Shown here: piece by piece, positions 47,098-64,000 of the stretch
Layout: the number at the start of each line of letters is the position of its first letter
Position numbering within the stretch: the stretch's first letter is position 1
Assembly (NCBI RefSeq): GCF_009914755.1
Contig: NC_060927.1
DNA length: 64,000 nucleotides
Source of the DNA: the human T2T-CHM13v2.0 reference genome, Homo sapiens
Direction: 5' to 3' (one strand)
Position numbers and translations under genes: made by a program
The notes under the pieces: model-generated
What the model was told of the DNA's origin: nothing
The model's input: only the letters and a program-made list of their open reading frames with translations
Databases searched by the model: none

Positions 47098-47545
47098 AAG
47101 AGGGAATTTTTTTTTCTTTCTTTTTTTACATGATCTGGGCAGGTTTAGTCACAAAGGATGCTGGCCACTTAGACCTGAGTCAGCCAGGCCAGAGCTGGGG
47201 GTTGGAACAGTTGTGGAAGAGACTGAGTCTGCACAGCCTGTAGGCGTGGCAAGCTGAGGCTGATCAGGGTTGGCATCTGTGGGGATCAGGGAGGCTGCAC
47301 TTTGGCCACATTCCTGGGGCAGCAAGACTAAGTCTGAACTCCATCTCCATTTGCTGGAGGGAGTGTGCTCCTGATGCCCTCTCTTCCCCAGTCAGGGCTG
47401 GCTCAGAAGCTCCATGCTGAGGGTCTTTAGAGACCTCAACTTGCAGGAGGTGAGGTTGCTATATTGTCTCCCCAAAGGGTCTCCATGGCAACTTGTTGTT
47501 ATCCAGCTCAAAATGAGAAGGTTCCCTCTCCTTTCATTTCCACAG

Positions 47546-47741
47546 CTCTAATGTCTTGCTGGACCAAAATCTCACCCCCAAACTTGCTCACCCAATGGCT
47601 CATCTGTGTCCTGTCAACAAAAGGTCAAAATACACCATGATGAAGACTCACCTGCTCCGGACGTCAGCCGCGTATCTGCCAGAGGATTTCATCCGGGTGG
47701 GGCAGGTGACAAAGCGAGTGGACATCTTCAGCTGTGGAATA
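47546..47741 (+). CDS. IRAK2: IRAK2 exon 9, 196 bp
   Basis: Boundaries ccacag|CTCTAA ... ATA|gtaaga; encodes SNVLLDQNLTPKLAHPMAHLCPVNKRSKYTMMKTHLLRTSAAYLPEDFIRVGQVTKRVDIFSCGI. Confidence 0.97.
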
Positions 47742-47856
47742 GTAAGAGTGTCCTGCTCTGCGTAGAGTGGGGCCCACCTTGATTTGTCCTTCCCACGGCT
47801 CCTTTGTAATCACAGGATACGGTAGAGGCACACAGACAGGTTCCATCAAAGTACAA

Positions 47857-48055
47857 CAGGGGCTGACAAACTGTGGCCCACAGGCCACTTTGGCCTGTGG
47901 CGTATTTTGTATGGTCTGTGAGCTAAGGGTAGTTTTACATTTATAAAGGATTATATTTTTAAACACAAAGAATATGTGATAGAGACTGAACATGCTCCCC
48001 AAAAGCTCACATATTTACTGTGTGGCGTGTTACAGAAGAAATTTGCCAGCCCTTG
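47857..48055. mobile_element. MER58A-like hAT MITE
   Basis: Terminal inverted repeats caggggctgacaaa ... tttgccagcccttg; internal tgtgagctaag. Confidence 0.75.
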
Positions 48056-48909
48056 AAGGAAAACCACTCATGAGTGTCCAGGTTCTAGTAGGCTCCAGAT
48101 ATCCTCTCCTGACTTCCGTAATTCCCATCCAGCCATCCACTTGTCCATCCAGTTGTCTATTTGTCCTTATTTGTTCATCGCTGTCCGATCATCCATCTAC
48201 CCTTTAGCTGCCCATCCATTCAGCGACCACTGACCCACCCAGCATCCCACCCTACCACCACCACCATCCTTGTCTGCCATTATGTCGTGCCAGGCACTAG
48301 GAATATGAATGTAACAAAAACACAGTCCCTCCCCTCAGGAGCTCATGGTCTGCATGTAGCAGTCTCCAAAGTATATTTCTGTAGAACTCCAGTTCCTTCG
48401 GACCTCTAGGATTGATGTGTTAAAAGGGTTTGTGCCCTGACAGGCTTGGAAATATTGCATTAGGCAAAGTCAAGCAGGTTTCTTTACCACAAGATTAATT
48501 CAAGCTGGTTGAATGGTAGTGAGCCTTTAATCTGGTACTTGTGAATTCACCAGAGAGGGGTATGCAGTGTTTCCCAAGCTCATTTGACTATGGAACCTTG
48601 TGTTCTCAGAATATCTGTCCTTGTCAGTGTTCCATGGAACCCAGTCTGGGAAATGCTGGCTGAGAAGAGTAACAGTCAGGTTGGCTTCAGCCAAGTGCAT
48701 ACAGCTGCCCCTTGGGCCTCACCCTCTTTTCTTCTCTAGCCTTGAACTCTGTACTTCCTCTCTCTGACCACAGTCTCCTGTCTGTCTACCTCTGCTACCA
48801 GAACCGTGGCCCTGAGTCACCTCTGCCCTCAGCCAGAACCCCAGATTCTGCACCTCCGTGTCTCCCAGCTGGTTCCTCTGCCTCCCTCAGCCCCACTGCA
48901 AGTTGTTCA

Positions 48910-49290
<381 letters not shown>

Positions 49291-49563
49291 CTAGGCCCGG
49301 CTCAGTTACTTTCAGCTGTGTGACTTACACCTAGCACTTCTGTCTCTGGGCCTCAGTTAAGCCTTCTGTAAGATGGGGCTAACGATACACATGGAGATGA
49401 ATGGGATAATGTATATAAGCAGGTGAGCATGGCACCCTGCACCCTGCACCTACCAAGAATATTATGATGACTGTGGTTATTGTTATTCCCACCTTTACAC
49501 CCTCCTTCTGATATCTGTTTACTCTTGACCTTCTAACTGGTGTGTTAGCGTCACAGATGACTT

Positions 49564-49970
49564 CCTCATCCATCCATTCACCCTCCCACCTATCCATCTA
49601 TTCATCCACCCATGCACCCACCCTCCCACCCACATACCCATCCATCCATCCACCCACCCACCCACCCATCCATCCACCCACCCACCTGTCCACCCATCCA
49701 TCCACCCACCCACCTGTCCACCCATCCATCCACCCACCCACCCACCCATCCATCCACCCACCCACCCACCCATCCATCCACCCACCCACCCACCCATCCA
49801 TCCACCCACCCACCCACCCATCCATCCACCCACCCACCTGTCCACCCATGTACCCACCCTCCCACCAACCCACCCACCCATCCATTTATCCACCTACCCA
49901 CACATCCATCCATCCATCCATCCATCCATCCATCCATCCATCCATCTACCACCCATCCATCCATTCATTC
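49564..49970. repeat. Compound (CCAC/CCAT)n tandem repeat with about 20-bp higher-order unit
   Basis: Repeated CCACCCACCCACCCATCCAT and variant CCACCCACCCACCTGT units, ending in pure (CCAT)n. Confidence 0.95.
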
Positions 49971-50850
49971 ATTGAATGCCTCCTGGCTCCTGCCACCCTT
50001 TTGCTCAGCCCTGCCTCTGGTTGACTGATAACGCTTTTGAACTTTGATTCCTCCTGTGGGGATCACAGTGCATTGCTCAGTGTTTTTTGGTGAGTGCTCA
50101 GTGACCTCTATAAAGGACTTGGCTCAGAGCCTGCTCTGTGAAAGGGGCACAGGAAGTCTTTGTTTATTCATTTCCCCTTGTTCTGTCCCTTCCTGGCAGG
50201 GACCTGTCAGGAGTCCCTTTTCAATTGGCTCCTGTCCCACTTGCAGCAGTGATGCCCTCTGCTGCCCTTTTCTGGTCACTGCCAGTCTGTTATTAATCCT
50301 GGGTGGTTTAAAACCTTTATCCTTTCCTTCCTCCAGGCTTGGAGGGATTCTTGGCTATAAATGTGACCCTATTCTGACTTGCTTTGAGAGATGCTGTGGG
50401 AGAGAGGTTCCACACTAAGTGTGGGGTCTTCACACCTTTAATATTCACAACTGCTAGTCCCCATTTAACAGATGAGGACACTGAGGCTCAGGTTTTAGTT
50501 ACTTGCCTAAAGATCACCTGAGCATATAAGGAACAGAGTCAGAATTTGAACTCAGGCCTGACTGTAGAGCCCTTAGCCATCATAGCATTGTCTCTACTGA
50601 GAAACCCTGTTCAAAGCAGTTTCCTGTTTATGAAGACATATATCATGGTTTGCCAATTTTGTGGTGACTTACACGTATACAGGGTTGTGCTCCTTCTGCG
50701 AGTGGATGCGCTAATGAATAAATAATGTTAGTAAAGGCCTGTGAGTGAAACATGCTATGGATGCTGCAAGATTTGTCTAGAATAGATACCTGCCTGCATG
50801 CAGAGTCTTTCCTTCCCTGAGATTCACAGAGCAATGCCTGCTTGCCATAG

Positions 50851-59325
<8,475 letters not shown>

Positions 59326-59499
59326 TGGTGTAGGTATTTTTGTTGTTCCCATTTTCCTGATGAACCAACCGAGGCCTAGAAAAATTAAGGCCCCACGTTT
59401 GTGGCATGAGTTCACTATGGAGTGCCCTGTGCATGTAGGAAATCGAATCCTTCTCCATTTCTTGGGGGTTTTACTTCTTTCTGGAATCCTTGCATTTAT

Positions 59500-60400
59500 T
59501 CTTACGATGTCCGGTCGGTTTTCTGAGCATTTTTTGCAGCTCTGGAGGTGAGTGGGGCGCGTGCGTTGGCTCTCGCAGCTCTGCAGCTCACGCAAGGGCG
59601 TTTCTACCCTTCTTCCCACAGAAGGACTTACTCCTCAGTGAAATTCCAAGCAGCACCGCCTCGCTCTGCTCCAGGAAGACGGGCGTGGAGAACGTGATGG
59701 CAAAGGAGATCTGCCAGAAGTACCTGGAGAAGGGCGCAGGGAGGCTTCCGGAGGACTGCGCCGAGGCCCTGGCCACGGCTGCCTGCCTGTGCCTGCGGAG
59801 GCGTAACACCAGCCTGCAGGAGGTGAGCCTCGCCCGCAGCGGCCTCGCTGCCTGGGCCACGCGTGGGTCCACCTCATCGGGGACGGCCCCTTCGCAGAGG
59901 CCTGGTGCACAAACCAGGGTTGTGCTTGCTTGCAAGCCGCAGAACCTCCTAGAGCTCCCATCAGCCAAAGGGCGGTGTAGGGATGGATAGTGCGGAGCCC
60001 GAGGACGGGTATTGCAGGGCCTCAGGGCGCAGGACCAAACCCGTGGATGTTAACTGAACTCGATGAACTCTCTGTGAATCGGCTTTATTCCCCCTTCTCT
60101 ATAGGCCCCTTCCCCTTTCCTCTGTGTTCTCTGGAGGGAACGGCTCTGCCCGCAGTTTATAACAGAGAGATGAGCCTCCACCCTGAGTCCCACCACAGAG
60201 GGAGAACCTGATTGGCTGAACTTGGGTCAGTTGTTTACCGCTTGGCCAATCAGGCATGGTGGGGCGGTCCAGCATGCAAACCGGGCTGCCCAGGGCTCCA
60301 TCCCTGGATGGTGTCGGCGCCAGGTCCCAAAGAAAGGGAGTGTGCTCAGCCCATGCACTAGGCGGACGTCCTAGAAAGCAGCCACTACACGGGGTAAGAG
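59500..60400. promoter_or_regulatory. CpG-rich intragenic region around exon 11 with CCAAT/GC-box cluster
   Basis: Visibly higher CpG density than the flanks; ATTGG at 60211, CCAAT at 60246, GGGGCGG at 60261. Confidence 0.45.
59622..59822 (+). CDS. IRAK2: IRAK2 exon 11, 201 bp
   Basis: Boundaries ccacag|AAGGAC ... GAG|gtgagc; encodes KDLLLSEIPSSTASLCSRKTGVENVMAKEICQKYLEKGAGRLPEDCAEALATAACLCLRRRNTSLQE. Confidence 0.97.
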
Positions 60401-61532
60401 ATTTTTTTGGACATGAGAAGTAGCCGTGGCTTCCATGGTAAAAGGTAATCAAGAGACTACTGCTTGATCTTTTTTTTTTTTCTTTTTGAGACAGAGTCTC
60501 CTTCTGTCGCCCAGGCTGGAGTGCAGTGGTGCTATCTCCAACCTTCGCCTCCCGGGTTCAAGTAATTCTCTTGCCTCAGCCTCCCGAGTATCTTGAATTA
60601 CAGGCATGAGCCGCTCTGTCCGGCCTTGCTTGGTCTTTCTAAGGACAAACTCTCCACTGCCTGGGAGGACCCTTAGAAATCATCTAGCAGAGTGATTTTC
60701 AAGTGGTGTTGGGCACAGAGGGGCTCCTTGAGAATACTCAGGAATTGCTGTTGGCAGCAAGAGGGGTTGGGGGAGGTGCAGGCCCCCACCTGTGACTCGG
60801 ACCAGACACCCACTTTTGACTTCTCTCAGTTACTGTATTGGGTTCTCTGGAAAGGGTTTGGTAGCTGGAAAAAATCTTCAATAACCACTGCTGTAGCCCA
60901 AGCCTCCCATTTTACAGAAGGGCAAGTGAAGGGCCACAGACAAGAAGATGAGGCCACAGAACTTGTTTTTGTCAGAGCTCTCTGGACTCCCAGTTCAGCC
61001 TTATGTCCATCGTCTTGCGCTGTCACGGGGCAGGAGCTGGAGGCTTCAGTCTTTGTTCTCAGCCTTTGCTAGCACAGGTGTCCCCCAAGTGTCCATGTGC
61101 CCCGATGTTCAGTCATTCATTCCGCAGTTGTACACTGGGGCCAGGGGACACATCTGTTCGGGAACAAGGCAGACCCAGGTCCACGCTCCTGGAACTCATG
61201 GACATTGCATAGTAATTGTCTTTGTGGTGAGCGCCAGGACAGTGTATGATGAGGACCCCACCCTGTTGACCTTCCTGAGGAAGGGGTGTTTAAGCACACG
61301 AAGAGCAATCCAGGCAGAAGGAACACCCTGCAAATGGCCTGAGCCGAGAGAGAGCTCAGCACGTTCAAGGGCCTGGAAGAAGGTCCGAAGGGCTAGAACA
61401 CAACACATGGGGCACAGTGGCTTGTGTTGGGTGTGTCGAGGAAGGAGTTGTCCAATGATAGAAGGCTTTGTAGGCACAGTAAGGATTTTTGCAGAGCCAC
61501 TAAGGTTTTTTTTTTTTTTTTTTTTTTTTTAA

Positions 61533-61814
<282 letters not shown>

Positions 61815-61939
61815 TAAGGTTTTTAAGCAGAGGTAGGACATAATCAGTTTTATATTCTAAAAAGTTCTGTCTCCTTCAACCAATTATTCTTTCAGTAAGA
61901 CTTTCATTCTTTTATTCATTCCATTATTTTGTTCAGTGT

Positions 61940-62345
61940 GTCACTTAAGGTGCAGGTGAAACTGCTATAACAAGGAGACTGCAAAATGCAGTGGTTTAAA
62001 TAAGATAGATGTTTATTCTCTTTAGTGTAACAGTTTGAATTTACGCAGTCCAGTGTTAATGTGGCAGTGCCACAGTATTGGGGACCCAGGCTCCTTCTAT
62101 GTTGTTTGTTTGCTATCCTTACCATGTGGCTTCCATGTCAGGGTCTAAGATGGCTGCTGTTGCTCAGGCCATCACACCTGCAATCCAGCCAGTGAAAGAG
62201 GGTTAAAAGGAAAAGGTGGACACACTCCCTTTCTTTTAAAGATATAACCTGGAAATGCATCACTTTTTCTCACATAATAGAGAGCAGAACTTAGCTACAT
62301 GGCCACGCCTAGCTCCAAGGAAATGCGGTCTTTAGATTGGCAAAT
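61940..62345 (-). mobile_element. MLT1-type MaLR LTR (another remnant at ~63330-63760)
   Basis: gctataaca..cagtggtttaaataagatag..aagatggctgct..ccacgcctagc motifs. Confidence 0.6.
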
Positions 62346-63089
62346 ATTTATTGGGCATCTACTGTGAAGATTTATCTCAAGAAGTAACATGTGACCTGGG
62401 CCTTGAAGGATGAGACGTTTGCCACGTAAAATAAAGGGGATAGGGCACTTTAGGTGTACGAAGAGGTAGGAGATGGCCTTAGCTCTTAGTACATCACAAC
62501 CAAGCTGGGAAGATGAAAGAACAGCTGGGTCAGGGACTGGAAGATAATAAGCAGGCCTGGGTTTGATGGTCACCTTTGCCATTTACTGTACTGGCTGGGT
62601 GGCTTTAGGCAGGGAACTTAACTTTTCTGATCTTTTAATTTTTTATTTATAAAAATTCATGCATTGTGTATGAAATGGATACATTAGTGGCCGGGTGCGG
62701 TGGCTCACGCCTGTAATCTCAGCACTTTGGGAGGCCGAGGCGGGCGGATCACGAGGTCAGGAGATCGAGACCATCTTGGCTAACATGGTGAAACCCTGTC
62801 TCTACTAAAAATACAAAAAATTAGCCAGGCGCGGTGGCGGGCACCTGTTGTCCCAGCTACTCAGAAGGCTGAGGCAGGAGAATGGCGTGAACCCGGGAGG
62901 CAGAGCTTGCAGTGAACCGAGATACGCCCCTGCAGTCCGGCCTGGGAGAAAGAGCGAGACTCTGTCTCAAAAAAAAAAAAAAAAGAAAGAAAGAAAGAAA
63001 TGGATACATTAGTATACTGAATTTTTTGCAAGGCACTGAGGAGATGAGATTTGTTATTGTTATTACGGGTATAAGGGTATGTATGTGTG

Positions 63090-63092
<3 letters not shown>

Positions 63093-63134
<42 letters not shown>
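63093..63134. repeat. (TG)n microsatellite
   Basis: Visible dinucleotide run. Confidence 0.95.
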
Positions 63135-63136
<2 letters not shown>

Positions 63137-63914
63137 GAAGAAACATTCCTTCCTTGCTTCCGTCTAATTTTCCTAACCTCCTTAACCACAAAAACCTTCC
63201 AGGGCAACATCTATATTATTTGTGCTTTTTTGATTGAAAGTGTTAGGAACTTAAACTCTTACACACACACACGTGCACGCACACACACACAGACATAGGG
63301 AGGGGGAAGAATATGAATGAGTGAATTAGCGAATGAATGAACTTAGTGTCTCATTTAACCAAACAACAGAGAGGACAGGCATTGCTCTGGTTTCAGGGAA
63401 GTTAGACCCAGGATCTCAAACACCAAAGGTACAGCCATTGTGTCTCTCTGTCTGTGGCTCTCTCTTCGTTGCTTGCCTCTGCTTTACTCTGTGTTGAGCT
63501 TTCATTTTCCCCTACTGTAAATGGGTTTTCTGGGTGTAGTGGGGCGTCTGGTTCTACCACTAGAGAGGAAAGGCTGGAGGTCTTTCCCCAATAAGCTCTA
63601 GGTGGAAAAGTTTCAGGGAAGGATTCTGATTGGCCAGCTTCGATCACATGCCCAAATCTAGACTAATCCCTATGGTCAGAGGAGTGGGGTACTATGATCT
63701 GCCCATGTTGGGTCATGCCGTCTCATCTATGACAGGGCGGTTGGTGGGCAAGCACAGGTCTTTTCAAAGGAAGGGTGTGGTTTTTTCAGACAAAACAACC
63801 AGCATTAGGTTCTTCAGTCTGCTCCCCGCCCCCTCTCTGCTGGGAGGCCAGATGTTAGCATTTCTATTTCAGAGAGAATTCCTGATGAGCTCCCTTCTCT
63901 CTCTTCTCCCAAAG

Positions 63915-64000
63915 GTGTGTGGCTCTGTGGCTGCTGTGGAAGAGCGGCTCCGAGGTCGGGAGACGTTGCTCCCTTGGAGTGGGCTTTCTGAGGGTACAGG
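63915..64000 (+). CDS. IRAK2: IRAK2 exon 12, partial (runs off window)
   Basis: Pyrimidine tract then cccaaag|GTGTGT; encodes VCGSVAAVEERLRGRETLLPWSGLSEGT... Confidence 0.93.
   Translation, partial: MCGSVAAVEERLRGRETLLPWSGLSEGT

Noticed and set aside
49519-50028. His/Pro- and Gly/Trp-rich ORFs on both strands
   Set aside because: Translation of the CCAC/CCAT tandem repeat.

Overview
Human (primate) genomic DNA, very Alu-dense, containing most of the IRAK2 gene (interleukin-1 receptor-associated kinase-like 2, a death-domain pseudokinase of TLR/IL-1R signalling) on the + strand. I located exons 2-11 and the start of exon 12 by GT-AG boundaries and a continuous reading frame. Exon and residue numbers rely on the recalled reference structure, because exon 1 and the 3' end lie outside the window. 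Introns are filled with Alu, MIR, L2, old L1, MaLR/ERV1 LTRs, DNA-transposon MITEs, microsatellites and a U6 snRNA retropseudogene with target-site duplications (TSDs). Almost all ORFs in the supplied track are repeat artefacts. I see no new multi-gene system. The most notable observations are: (1) a 136-bp, 97%-identical non-Alu inverted duplication in intron 3, whose mismatches are mostly G-U compatible in the pre-mRNA; (2) the Val392 allele, which creates an in-frame cryptic CAG|GTGACA donor 36 nt upstream of the exon 9 donor; (3) inverted Alu pairs tightly bracketing the frame-neutral exons 2 and 3; (4) two AluY tandems with abnormally long (32 and 51 bp) flanking duplications; (5) candidate NF-kB/AP-1 enhancers and a CCAAT/GC-box CpG-rich element after exon 11. 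Repeat family names and boundaries are by eye and approximate.
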